Shown: positions 36,882 to 48,921 of the stretch, piece by piece
Layout: each line of letters starts with the position of its first letter
Numbering within the stretch: position 1 is the first letter of the stretch
Source of the DNA: Dudresnaya verticillata
Taxonomy: Eukaryota
Direction of reading: 5' to 3'
NCBI GenBank assembly: GCA_977862235.1
Contig: OZ374558.1
Span: forward strand, 3,162,001-3,226,000
DNA length: 64,000 bases
Notes under the pieces: generated by a model
Told to the model about the DNA's origin: nothing
The model's input: only the letters and a program-made list of their open reading frames with translations
Databases searched by the model: none
Made by a program: the position numbers and the translations under genes

Positions 36882-39266
36882 TTTTGTGGGGTGTGGAATG
36901 TTGCTGGTGAAGGAGAATTGTTTTGGGCTTTGAAATTGTTCAGGATGGTGGTTAAGGAAAGCGGTTGGAGTAGCTGGGTGCTGGCGTACTTATAGTGACT
37001 CAAGCTCTGGCGAGGTCGAAAAAGGTGAGGATGTTAGACGTGACAGTCCAGATACGCTTCGAAAAAGGTATGAAATGGCCGTTGATGGCAAATGATGTAG
37101 TGTGCGTGAACATAGCAAACCAATTCTACTTGATACTCTGCCGCCCGCTGAGGATAAGCTCTGTCGAAAAGGTAACCAATGCTTTGTTTTGATGACATGG
37201 CTATCTCAAGAGCACAGCATACAAACGAGATAGTTCGACAGTGTCTTCTGGAAAGCTCGAGAAGCATAACTGCGTGTTTCCACTTCACTCTCACTTCTTT
37301 TCTGGAACGGGCCAACTCAATAGTCTGCTGACTCGTAAAGAACTTGTATTGCTTCAGTGCAGAATCGACCTATACATAATTTTCTTAAGCCAAGGAGCTC
37401 ACAGCTATTACAGGATGTTTTAATGGGTGCTTTCGAAGTAGAGGCGAAGCTAGCTGCTGTTTGCATTGAGCAGGTGTCTGTGTAGAAATTTGTGTGCACT
37501 GGCGATTTGCAGCACGATACAAAGCACGTCGAATCTACCCGCCAACATTTGTGATGTTGCATTTGTGGTATGTGCTGTTCCCGTAAATGATGCCAAAATG
37601 ACACCGACACGTGGGAAGCGCTTCCGACAGCTTCGAAGAAACGTGTGTGTAAACCATTGTCCGCTTAAGGTGAGGGCGTTCTCCAACAGGGCAGAGTCGA
37701 CGACAAGCTGTCTGTCAGCTTATTCGGCAAAATCAAACATTTGTGGCAATTTTTCATTCCAATGCCGAAATTGAAATGACAGCACTGCAACACCATCACT
37801 GCGAGGTGACGATGCAAGTGACAATTGTATGTTGTGCTATTTTATCTCAGCTGTTTCGGCTTCTGTGCACTACTCTTACAAGTCAGGTGGGCTTCTACAC
37901 GTTTCCTAACACCATTTGGCTAACTTTCCGTGAAACTTGAACTACAGACTATTGCGAGTTCGAATCTTGGGGCAGCAGTGTATGACCGCGACGCTATTTA
38001 TTTCTGTCAATCGCTGGATATTCATTCAAACTAATAAGAGCCGTTTATACTTCTTATTTTGACTCCGCCTAAACAACGAAGCTTTGATGGATTCGAATGG
38101 AGTGTATGTACTGCAATCGCTGTGAGTTGCTCTATGGGCTAATACACATCGGCAACTTTTTCAAACGAGCTCTCCCTCTCCCTCTGATTAGGAAAGCTCC
38201 CCTCCCTCATGCTCTTGTTACTCACTCCTTTCCAAATTCCATCAAGTGGCAGGCACAAGGGATTATTTTTCTATTCTCTTTTGGGATCAACTATCTTGCC
38301 GCCGGCGAACTCTGTTCAATTCGTACCATTGCTAGCGTAAGATCACCATTAACAAAAGTAAAAGTTTACCATCACTGCCGGGTGAGTAAATTAAGGTAAG
38401 AGAGGTGCAGCGTTTGTGTGGAACGAATCTGTTTGGATGCAAAGCATGCTCACCTTGTACAACACATCTCATTGCGGATTTGCATCGAAATAAATATCTA
38501 TAACGATTTGGGGTCCTCGGACTTTTTGAGCAGAGCAGGGTATTGATATTCTTCTTTGTTCAGGTTTTGCTTTTCAAGATCTTGTGCTGTGTTGTAGACC
38601 CTGTTGTTCAGTCCATTTACAAATAAGAATCTGACTCGACAGAAGAAATACTTTTTGCATAGCTCCGGGAGGATTTAAATAGATCCCATCAGCCGCTGGA
38701 GAGAAAAGCCGGGGTCTTGCAAAAGCAGTGATCACACGCATCACTGCAAAACCCCCAAGACCAAAAGGGACACATGAAGCGAGAAATTCTCTTAGATGCA
38801 CATTCAGTTCTTACCAGTCAGCAACAACTCAAGTTGGTCCATCCTAAAACAAAGTCAAGCCAACAATTCCAATCAGGTGCTAACATGGCAAGTCTCCTGC
38901 TCGATTTTTCACGTAGACATTATCGACTATCTCGTCTGTATGTGATGCTTTCGAGAAGCGCCATGTCACGGCGACGAGGATTATGTTTCTGCTTCGGCAG
39001 CTGTTGCCGTCATCAGGCTCTTGAGTATCACTCGAACAACTAGATTTCTTCCCAACCTCCACTGCATGATTTGCACTTTGAACTTCACCTTGGCAGTCGC
39101 TTCTAACCTCCCTGGAGTGTTTGCAGAAGAAACTAAAATTCTTGACGCACTATAAGTACGACAAGACCCAGCTAATCCAAGCGACTGATCTTCTTAACAC
39201 CACCTTCATTATTCGCAGAGCAAAAAACGTTTCCATCTCACCCACAAGCCTCTACACCTCACAAAA

Positions 39267-39626
39267 ATGAAGTTCTTCAACATCTTCGCTCTCGTCGCTC
39301 TCCTCGCCGTCGCCAACGCCGCCAAGACCTGCGTCAAGGTCACCACCACCCCTTACTTCTCCGAGTCCACCGATGGCTGCAAGCCGGGTCAGGTGCGCAA
39401 GAGCATTGACGAGTACATCTCAGTTCCGCCGGTCGAGGCCAACATCCGTGTGACGATGAAGTGCTTCAAGCCGAAGCGCGCAGGTCGTGTGCAGAAGCGC
39501 ATTGGGAAGTGCATCAAGACGTTCATGAAGAGGTGCCGGTGCGTCGAGGACGCATGGAAGCTGCAGTGCATCAACGACCGCATCAACGACTGTGCGCCGC
39601 AGGCCACCAAGACGAATCTCCACTAA
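39267..39626 (+). CDS. 119-aa secreted basic cysteine-rich protein, copy 2 (L->M variant, KTFMKR)
   Basis: Same protein; TATAAGTA at 39151; head-to-head with copy 1. Confidence 0.92.
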   Translation: MKFFNIFALVALLAVANAAKTCVKVTTTPYFSESTDGCKPGQVRKSIDEYISVPPVEANIRVTMKCFKPKRAGRVQKRIGKCIKTFMKRCRCVEDAWKLQCINDRINDCAPQATKTNLH

Positions 39627-40159
39627 CTTGTCTACTACTAGCAGTCTGCAAGTGGGTTTGAGGTAAAACTTTTACCCGGTATAGCAAGGACTTTTGCGAG
39701 AAGATAGAGGTAGCTCTCAGTTGCTAGTGATTGCTAAACGTACTTTTTAGACAGGATGGGACATTAAGATCATCGCGCCGAGGTCTCGGCAGCAATGGAG
39801 TTACTACAACTTGCGCGCTATTTTTGTAGATGACATTTTCCATTAACAGTACCATATCCTTACTCCTTATGCTATGGCTTTCAATCATGTTCGAAAATGG
39901 CTCTTTCTACTCCGGATAGATTTGTTGGCAGGCAGTATCGGTATGAAGCTGACGGAACGGTCGATGTTAAGCTTAAGGACCGTGATATTATGTTAGGAAC
40001 AAGGAGGCACGTTCTGCGCGATGTACATTTGCTATGGTATGTTCGGCACATGCATGATGGGTGCCTTACTTGGAGGATGTGTTCGTTCATCCTGAAAGGC
40101 ATTGTCAATCGCTGTGCGGAGATACCGTACGCATGTGTAGTAGGGAACGTATTGTAAGT

Positions 40160-40890
40160 ACGGGGCCTACACGTTCCACTGCGATGCCAGCGCAGGGCCG
40201 TAAGCACAAATTGTGCTGGCTATCCTGACGGAGACTCACGTCGAGCCGGATGACAAACGTACCAAAACCCGCTCCTCTCTTCCCGCCTCCCAGAAGCAGT
40301 CTAGGACCCTGCATTTGATATTCCCGATAACTTGTACACCAAACCGAAAGGATATGACTGTTCGCTTCCCTTTGTCAGGACTGATCGACACGGAGAAACA
40401 TAGAAAGGATACTGAAATGCACAATTCTCAGTTCAAAGAGGAGACGGCGACGATTTGATTGAACGCAAACTACCTCGCCTTGATGCGTGGCACCAAAGCA
40501 GACAGTGGCAAAAAGGGAAAGAAGAAGATGCACCAGCTCCAACTCAGATCAAGGACATCTTCCCCCGTTTCCATGGCGTTCCCCAGTCCAACTGATTGAA
40601 TCACCGATTCTTCAACAGCCTCAAAGCACCGAACTACACTCTCTTCTCCAATACGACATCCTCCGCGGAATGGAACAAAAAGAATGATGCGGAGGTTTCT
40701 CTCGAACATCTTCATGACGATCTTCATCTGGCTATTGGTGGGTATGGGTATGGAGGGGGAGAGAACAGCATAGTTGCTGGTGCAACCGGCGATATGGGCG
40801 AGAACAATACTGCCAGGCTCGACCCAATCCTCTTTTCCATCATGCAAACATCGACCGTATATTTTGGTGTGGCAGAAACAACATGAGTCG
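40160..40890 (+). pseudogene. Tyrosinase (type-3 copper) pseudogene fragment
   Basis: TVRFPLSGL, APNYTLFSNTTS, and CuB region SLEHLHDDLHLAIGG...GDMGENNTARLDPI. After a frameshift comes FHHANIDRIF (ttc cat cat gca aac atc gac cgt ata ttt, ~40835-40864), then VWQKQH. Internal stops and frameshifts present. Confidence 0.85.
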
Positions 40891-41391
40891 CAAACCAGCT
40901 TTCAATCTGTCTGCTGTTAAACGAGAGATGGGGACCTTTATGGTAGGGTGGGAAGGGCGCTAAGTCGCCCCGTACTGTTAAACGAGGGGCTTACTGCTAT
41001 TAACAGCATGTCGGCCTGGGGTGGTTCTATCAGGGCGTGGGAAAACCTCTGGACCCACAATTACTTCCATTTATTCTATACCGTATAAACTATAGAGTGT
41101 TTCTTTACTCTGGGAGCACCCAGTCAAGTCAACATAAGCTAACTTTCTAAAATGGCATATCTTCTGCCGCGGTGGGGCAATGAACGGGAAAAAGAAAGTT
41201 GGCCTCTGAGGGCCTCGGAGGGCCAATTACATTTTATCGAGATCGGGACGCGATATTCTTAAGATCCCATCCCGTCTAAAGAAGGATGTCTAATGCAACA
41301 AGAAGTAGCAAGTGAAAGCTGCGCCCTCCCTCTAACAAAAGTCCTTGCAATCTAGGTAAGACAAATTTGCAGAATGCCAGTAGTTGACAAC

Positions 41392-41438
41392 TTAGTGGAG
41401 ATTCGTCTTGGTGGCCTGCGGGGCGCAGTCGTTGATGC
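41392..41438 (-). pseudogene. 3' remnant (INDCAPQATKTNLH*) of another 119-aa gene copy
   Basis: Exact C-terminal peptide plus a 3' flank (41150-41391) homologous to 51030-51271. The match breaks abruptly at 41438. Confidence 0.9.
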
Positions 41439-42893
41439 TTACTGTGAAAGCGGAGTGAATAACACTCTGCCCGCGACTGTGCTCACCGGCGATGCCGCCA
41501 CGAAATACAGTACGACGCGTCTTCAGGCAGCTTCCCAACGTCGTCGCCTGTCTTGACCGCCAGTCCCTGCCCTCGCGCGCTGCAATTGCTCCGGAGCACA
41601 CCGTCGGCAGGTGCGAGCAATATGGCTATGGTGAGATGGGCAATGCGCGGCGACTCTCCGCTCCGGAGCTCGGATACGCCCCAAGTGGTTTTCGAGTTTT
41701 TGTTCTTCTGTTGCGTATGTGCCACATATTGGCATTCTTGGGCTCTTCGCCAAACCTGCAGGATGCAACCCGAAAAATCTCAGGGGGAAACGCAAACACT
41801 TGCCATGCGACAGAGCTGTAGGCGACTAGATGAATCCAGTACAACAACTGGGAAGTCGACGGTGATTTAGGAAAAACCGCAGTTGTACTGTTTTTGAAAC
41901 TGGAACACCAATGTACCACTAATGGCCACCGAATTCAAGTGTCGGCATGTGCGGGTGCCGCTGTGAGAATGTTCTTTATTGGCTATTTTGTTGTTTGCTA
42001 TTGCTCCCTTCATCTTCATTTCTGCTCAAATAACAAGGACAAAGTCTGGTACCGCGCGTATGGAGCAGTTCGTGACGGTAAACTGTACCCTTCTATGCTT
42101 AGAGTGAGGGTCCACACGTAGACGCATGCACGTGGTGAAGCTTGAAATTCGTTGTTCACTGCAACTCCCCGGCACCCGAGAAGATCTAACCATAGCCATA
42201 CTTGACATGGTTACTTTTCTAGTTCTTCGATATGGTGTCGTCAGTGCCAATTGCCAACAATTGTCTCTTCAGCCTGGTACCCCAACTATGTCTACTTAAA
42301 TTAGCTGTACAGCCTCCTTGTACTCTTTTCTTCAAAGGTCTGCATCGCGGGTTGTTATATATTTGATTCATTTAGAGTGGTCCTACCCGGGAGACCGGGG
42401 CCCGTTAGACGGTTGGGTCGAAATAACAAGACCTTTACTTCAATCGATGGATCGACCGTGTGAAGCAGTCTATCCACCGGGACAATTAGCAAGTGGATGG
42501 GATAAGTTGCGGCGATTCACGCTACCGCAACATAGTAACACATCGTAAAAATGCCGCTTCAAAAACGTGATAAATGTTGGAGATTGTAGGAAGATTGTAG
42601 GCAGCCTGTTCCTAACAAAACAACCCACCTGGCCGACCATTGAAGATATAAAAGCAACACATTCGCACTAAGCCCCGACTCCTTGCATCTTCACCTCAAC
42701 GCACGCTATTACTCAAGGCTTCTCACTCTAGCACCCCTGTTCAAGCACAAATCAAATCTACTCGACGAGCGTTGAAAAGCATACTCAACCGGCATCTTCG
42801 CACCCCTTACAGTCTGCGAGTTGGAGGGGCGACTGTCAATACTAGTACTCCGAAGCAAGGATCCCAAAAAGGCGCAACGCAAACCCAAGTCAA

Positions 42894-43772
42894 ATGAAGA
42901 ACGGTAGCGATTGCATGCACGGAAAAGGAGAAGAAGCTCCTCCGAGCAACTCGTTTGGATTTGTGGATCCCAGCTCCGATGATGTGCACATCTTCTTCCG
43001 GTTGCGTAAGGAAGTTCTAGGCTTTTGGTCAGCATTGACGAGCGTATTTGGCAATTTACGGAAGCGATATCGCGCTTGGAGATGTCACAGGCAGATGCTG
43101 AACAAAGTATCGCTGTTTAAAGAACAGCTCCGCAGAAGCAAATGGTGGAGCGTCGTCAAACACGATCTGGAGGAGGCCAGAGCAGGACGAAAGCCTTTTT
43201 CATTGCAAGTAATCGGCATCGGGTCGTTTCAAGCTCTGGAGAATCCAATGTATCAGCTGGCATGCGCACTAATTATAAAAGATGAGCTTGGGTACGGTAC
43301 CGACTGCAAGATTACAGATCCGCTGCTCACAAGAGATGAAATCAACTTCGCAAAGCACCTTGGTTTTCAAGTTGTGCCGGCGGGACAAAATCCGATTGAT
43401 CCCCCACCGCCGGGTTCCTGTAAGGTTTTGTTCATGCCACACTGCCCTTTTTTTCTGAACAATGATGTAATTGAAGAATGCAGTCTCTTCCAGTACGAAG
43501 GTATCGTGTACCTAGGAAACTCATTCTTCAAACAAATGTGGATGAGTCGCTGTCGTATCATTGCACAACTCTGCCAAGCCAATTATGTGGTTGAAAGGGA
43601 CTGTCCTGAAGCAGATCCTCCGATCTCCAGTTCAGCGTTTAGCTCACTCGCTGTCGTTACAATTAATGAGGAGTCGAAAATGCTTCCGATATATAGCAAT
43701 GTTTCTCCTCACTTGAATCTTTTTTGGATTAGACTCCTGAACAACGTGTGTAAAGCAAGAAACAATTCTTAG
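42894..43772 (+). CDS. SRR1: SRR1-domain protein (sensitivity to red light reduced 1-like), copy 1
   Basis: Motifs in the family order GIGSF, YQLACAL, DPLLT..E..F...LGF.V, LFMPHCP..L.N, GNSF, AFSSLAV. TATAAAA at 42647. Confidence 0.8.
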   Translation: MKNGSDCMHGKGEEAPPSNSFGFVDPSSDDVHIFFRLRKEVLGFWSALTSVFGNLRKRYRAWRCHRQMLNKVSLFKEQLRRSKWWSVVKHDLEEARAGRKPFSLQVIGIGSFQALENPMYQLACALIIKDELGYGTDCKITDPLLTRDEINFAKHLGFQVVPAGQNPIDPPPPGSCKVLFMPHCPFFLNNDVIEECSLFQYEGIVYLGNSFFKQMWMSRCRIIAQLCQANYVVERDCPEADPPISSSAFSSLAVVTINEESKMLPIYSNVSPHLNLFWIRLLNNVCKARNNS

Positions 43773-44418
43773 AATCGAGCGCTGCTAAAAAAAGGTGGTG
43801 CGTGCTGTGACCTCGCTGTAAGGAAGCAAGTTGAAGTATACGCTGTCAATATAGATAGTACCTTTCTACAAATGCGGAAGTTCATTTCGTTGAGATATTA
43901 TGAGGAGCAGCTTCTTGAGATCTTCGGAGAGCGGCTGTGTATGTGTGGGAAAGCAAGAAAAGTTTCGTCTTGAGCTCCTGTGCTCTGACTGTCTTCGAAG
44001 AAAGTGGCCTCCGCTGATCCGATCCGACGTACTTCCAGACCTTAAGATCAACAATGGTGGTGCAGCAACCGACTATTCTGCATCATATCGTTACTGCATG
44101 ACCACCCTTCTAGGCTTGTAAATACCGACAGCGGCGACCTATATCACGTCCTGGATTTAGACTTTAGGGGCAGTGGTTGAGTAATGTCCTAAACGGAAAG
44201 AGCCTATTTCGAACACGAGGGAACGCCATGACATAAGACGTGAGGAGATATTACTGTTCATGGAAAGTAGTGCGCAAGTTAGAGTAGCTGTAGTGTTTCC
44301 CAGACCTCAACGAGATATTGTTAAGGTCCCACCCTGTCTATAAAGTACGTTGAGCATTCACTAAAAATTGAAAGCTACCTCCATCTGGAAAATTCCTTGC
44401 AGAACCGGGTAAGTCCCT

Positions 44419-44755
44419 TGATAAAGAAGAGAGAAACACAGCAAGAGGACGGAAGATATGAATACACAAGATAGAAAAGTAGATCAATGATAAAGTATAG
44501 TTGAATGTCGTATACTAGTTGTTCGAGTTGTCTTGACTCAGGCCAAGAGTTAATGAACTATTGAAGGTTCTTATAAACTTGATACTTCGCAGCTTGAGAT
44601 ATTAATAGTAGTAGTTCAGAAAGTCTAGAAGACTATTGGCATTACTGCAGTATTAGGGGAATTCTGATATGTTCGCAATACTTTATTGATCTGATATTGC
44701 ACGCATGTAGTTCAATAACTCTAAAGAAGTATCCATCAAGGATACAAGTTGGATA
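44419..44755. mobile_element. ~337-bp insertion element just 3' of the 119-aa gene stop (identical copies at 47939-48275, 54437-54773, 60937-61273)
   Basis: Same TGATA...TTGGATA ends as 9876-10211; flanks gtccct/gtccaa. Absent from the 3' flanks of the copies at 36.5, 39.3, 51.3 and 57.8 kb. Confidence 0.8.
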
Positions 44756-44773
44756 GTCCAATTAGTAGACAAT

Positions 44774-45133
44774 TTAGTGGAGATTCGTCTTGGTGGCCTG
44801 CGGCGCGCAGTCGTTGATACGGTCGTTGATGCACTGCAGCTTCCACGCATCCTCGACACACCGACACCTCTTTAAGAACGTCTTGATGCACTTCCCAATG
44901 CGCTTCTGCACACGACCTGCGCGCTTCGGCTTGAAGCACTTCATCGTCACACGGATGTTGGCCTCGACCGGCGGAACTGAGATGTACTCGTCAATGCTCT
45001 TGCGCACCTGACCCGGTTTGCAGCCATCGGTGGACTCGGAGAAGTAAGGGGTGGTGGTGACCTTGACACAGGTCTTGGCGGCGTTGGCGACGGCGAGGAG
45101 AGCAACGAGAGCGAAGATGTTGAAGAACTTCAT
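44774..45133 (-). CDS. 119-aa secreted basic cysteine-rich protein, copy 3
   Basis: Start taken at MKFF (AAAAATG context) by comparison with copies 1, 2 and 7; TATAAATA ~117 bp upstream. Confidence 0.92.
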   Translation of the reverse strand: MKFFNIFALVALLAVANAAKTCVKVTTTPYFSESTDGCKPGQVRKSIDEYISVPPVEANIRVTMKCFKPKRAGRVQKRIGKCIKTFLKRCRCVEDAWKLQCINDRINDCAPQATKTNLH

Positions 45134-47443
45134 TTTTGAGAGTGTGTAGAGGGGTTTGGGTGAGATGGAGAGTTGCTTGAGGCTCTGCGAATTGTGAAGG
45201 TGGTGGTAAGGGTAGTTGGTTTGGAGCATGTGAGTCTGAGCGTATTTATAGTCATTGCATCAATCTCTGTGGCGTCTATCGCGAGAACTGTGAGGATGCC
45301 ATACTAGAAGTGACTGTCCGAATACAATACGAGTCCAGAAAGGCCGTCGAGGACAAATAATTTGGCGATCGCTAACAAAGAAACCTGTTCTGTTAACCTT
45401 CAGGAGCCCGAAAAGGTCGGTAGCTAATGAAAAGACAACGAAAACCGCGTCTTGACGACACGGCTCTATCAAAATCACAGCATACAAACAAGATAGCTCT
45501 GTCAAGTTCGACACGGTCTTTCGGAAAGCTCGGGAAGCACACCTGGTTGTTTGATCTCTTCCCTCAATCGTACTCTGGAAAGGGCCAACTCAAGTTTTTG
45601 CGCTGACGCGTGAAAGACGGCCATCGTTTGACGAATACTAATCGTACACACGATGCGCTTGCCGAAGAAACCATCGCTGTCGGAGGGCGCTTTCCTCGGT
45701 GCTTTCTGGGTGCAGAAACCCTTGCAGTCTACGGTGGGCAGATATCTATGTAGAACTTTGTAAGCAACAGCGGTTGGTAGCACAAGACTACAATATATCC
45801 GATCCGTCTGCCGGTGTTTGATATATCTTTTTGTTTCCGTGAAGCCTGTCAGCAGAGTAAATGAAGAAATGTTCCGACTTGAATTCAGTTCCGTTCGACA
45901 CAACGAAACTAACCCAAACTGTCTACACGACACGTGGGTCTCCCTGCTCTTCGGGATGGGTGCGATGGAAAGCCAGCTCGAACATAGCAATGAACTTCCA
46001 TGACACACCGACACGGGGAAATGCGTCTCGTAGCTTTGAAGAATCTCACTCAAGTACGTGAAGCATATGTCCACTAGAGTGATGATTGCCACCCACTTGT
46101 CCCAAGGTGAGCGCGTTCACTAATAGAACCGAGTAGACGGCACAATGTCTGCCAGCTCCTATGACAAAACAAACACCTGTGAGACAATTTCTGGCGCAGA
46201 CGTGACAGCACTGAGAGATGACGAAGCACATGACGTGGCATTCAAATGTTGTGCTTTTTTGCCTCTCTGCTGTTACTTTCAGAATTCTATCGATTCAATT
46301 CTCGTGGACTTCTACACGTTCTCCACGACCAGATGGTTTGAGTTCCGTTCGCAAACTTTAAACTCCAGACCATTGTTATTTCGAGTCAATACTCAACACT
46401 TTGCGACCCAGCGTTACTTGTTTCTGTTAATCACTAGTCATGCAATGTAATCGACAAGACCCGTTACCGCTTCTTATTCTGGCTCCTCCTAAATAACGGC
46501 GTCTTGATGACTCGGAATGAAGCATATGAATTGGGATTGTGGTGAATGCTCGATGGTCTAGATCGATGGTCTAGAATACCGTTGCGGCTGCATTAAACGG
46601 GGTTCTGACATTCAATAGCAAAAATGCCACTGCGCCACTTGCGCTGACATCCGTTGACAATACACAGCGATTAAAGATCACACAGGATTTATCTCCTGAC
46701 ACTCACGATCTTGTTAGTCAAGGCCACTCTTTCTGCAAAAAGGATTTCCAATGTCATGCAGAAATGGTACGCACAGAGTATTATCTTCCATCAGGATTAA
46801 GAATCTCGTTCATGGGAACTTTTCCGCGTATTGAAAGTGGATGGGGATGATAGATGAACTACTTGTTACACAGTCCTGGGAGAGATTTCAACATCTCCCA
46901 TAAGGCAACAGAGGAAGAGCCTTGGTCTTGTTAACCGTAATGATCGCATGCGAGACTGCAAACATCTTCAAGACCAAAAAGTATATGAAGGGAGAAATGC
47001 TCACAGATTCGTAGTCAGTTCTTGCCAGTCAGCAGAAACTCAAGATGGCCCACTCCAAAACACATAAGTGATATCAAAACGCCTAGTCGGGTGCCAAACT
47101 CCTCAGTCCCCCCTCTCGAGTCTTCTCGTAGACACTATCGAACTATCTCGTTTGTATGCTGTGCTTTGGAGGAGCGCCATGTCATCGAGACGCGAATTTT
47201 GCTGCGTGTTCAATAGCTTTCGACGTAATGATATAGACGTTTTCACGCCCCCTGAATAGTACCAGCAAGGCCATAACACCTATTACTTGCATATTACCAG
47301 AACAGGCTTGTTTGTTATCAAACACTACACTTTTCGCCATCAACGGCCCTTTCACACTCTTCTTCGGAGTTCCGGGTTGGGGTAGCCGTTGCTAGCATGC
47401 CCCAAGACTCCGTGGTAGGCTCGACAGAGATCGATGCAATGAC

Positions 47444-47451
47444 TATAAATA
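47444..47451 (+). promoter_or_regulatory. TATA box (TATAAATA) of the 119-aa gene; equivalents precede the other copies
   Basis: 117 bp upstream of the ATG. Similar 113-117 bp spacing at 14671, 36994 and 39151. Confidence 0.7.
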
Positions 47452-47560
47452 CGCTCAGACTCACATGCTCCAAACCAACTACCCTTACCACCACCTTCAC
47501 AATTCGCAGAGCCTCAAGCAACTCTCCATCTCACCCAAACCCCTCTACACACTCTCAAAA

Positions 47561-47920
47561 ATGAAGTTCTTCAACATCTTCGCTCTCGTTGCTCTCCTCG
47601 CCGTCGCCAACGCCGCCAAGACCTGTGTCAAGGTCACCACCACCCCTTACTTCTCCGAGTCCACCGATGGCTGCAAACCGGGTCAGGTGCGCAAGAGCAT
47701 TGACGAGTACATCTCAGTTCCGCCGGTCGAGGCCAACATCCGTGTGACGATGAAGTGCTTCAAGCCGAAGCGCGCAGGTCGTGTGCAGAAGCGCATTGGG
47801 AAGTGCATCAAGACGTTCTTGAAGAGGTGTCGGTGTGTCGAGGATGCGTGGAAGCTGCAGTGCATCAACGACCGTATCAACGACTGCGCGCCGCAGGCCA
47901 CCAAGACGAATCTCCACTAA
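47561..47920 (+). CDS. 119-aa secreted basic cysteine-rich protein, copy 4
   Basis: Identical protein to copy 3. Confidence 0.92.
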   Translation: MKFFNIFALVALLAVANAAKTCVKVTTTPYFSESTDGCKPGQVRKSIDEYISVPPVEANIRVTMKCFKPKRAGRVQKRIGKCIKTFLKRCRCVEDAWKLQCINDRINDCAPQATKTNLH

Positions 47921-48921
47921 ATTGTCTACTAATTGGACTATCCAACTTGTATCCTTGATGGATACTTCTTTAGAGTTATTGAACTACATGCGTGCAATAT
48001 CAGATCAATAAAGTATTGCGAACATATCAGAATTCCCCTAATACTGCAGTAATGCCAATAGTCTTCTAGACTTTCTGAACTACTACTATTAATATCTCAA
48101 GCTGCGAAGTATCAAGTTTATAAGAACCTTCAATAGTTCATTAACTCTTGGCCTGAGTCAAGACAACTCGAACAACTAGTATACGACATTCAACTATACT
48201 TTATCATTGATCTACTTTTCTATCTTGTGTATTCATATCTTCCGTCCTCTTGCTGTGTTTCTCTCTTCTTTATCAAGGGACTTACCCGGTTCTGCAAGGA
48301 ATTTTCCAGATGGAGGTAGCTTTCAATTTTTAGTGAATGCTCAACGTACTTTATAGACAGGGTGGGACCTTAACAATATCTCGTTGAGGTCTGGGAAACA
48401 CTACAGCTACTCTAACTTGCGCACTACTTTCCATGAACAGTAATATCTCCTCACGTCTTATGTCATGGCGTTCCCTCGTGTTCGAAATAGGCTCTTTCCG
48501 TTTAGGACATTACTCAACCACTGCCCCTAAAGTCTAAATCCAGGACGTGATATAGGTCGCCGCTGTCGGTATTTACAAGCCTAGAAGGGTGGTCATGCAG
48601 TAACGATATGATGCAGAATAGTCGGTTGCTGCACCACCATTGTTGATCTTAAGGTCTGGAAGTACGTCGGATCGGATCAGCGGAGGCCACTTTCTTCGAA
48701 GACAGTCAGAGCACAGGAGCTCAAGACGAAACTTTTCTTGCTTTCCCACACATACACAGCCGCTCTCCGAAGATCTCAAGAAGCTGCTCCTCATAATATC
48801 TCAACGAAATGAACTTCCGCATTTGTAGAAAGGTACTATCTATATTGACAGCGTATACTTCAACTTGCTTCCTTACAGCGAGGTCACAGCACGCACCACC
48901 TTTTTTTAGCAGCGCTCGATT

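Noticed and set aside
45502..46092. 196-aa spacer ORF repeated three times
   Set aside because: Repetition only reflects the amplicon. It is not preserved in the older homologous spacer (36.9-39.3 kb) and has no protein-like features.
47465..47560. 32-aa N-terminal extension giving the 151-aa ORFs (also at 45134-45229, 51632-51727, 53963-54058, 60463-60558)
   Set aside because: The upstream ATG lies only ~14 nt after the TATA box, is absent in copies 1, 2 and 7, and would mask the signal peptide. It is most likely promoter/5' UTR.
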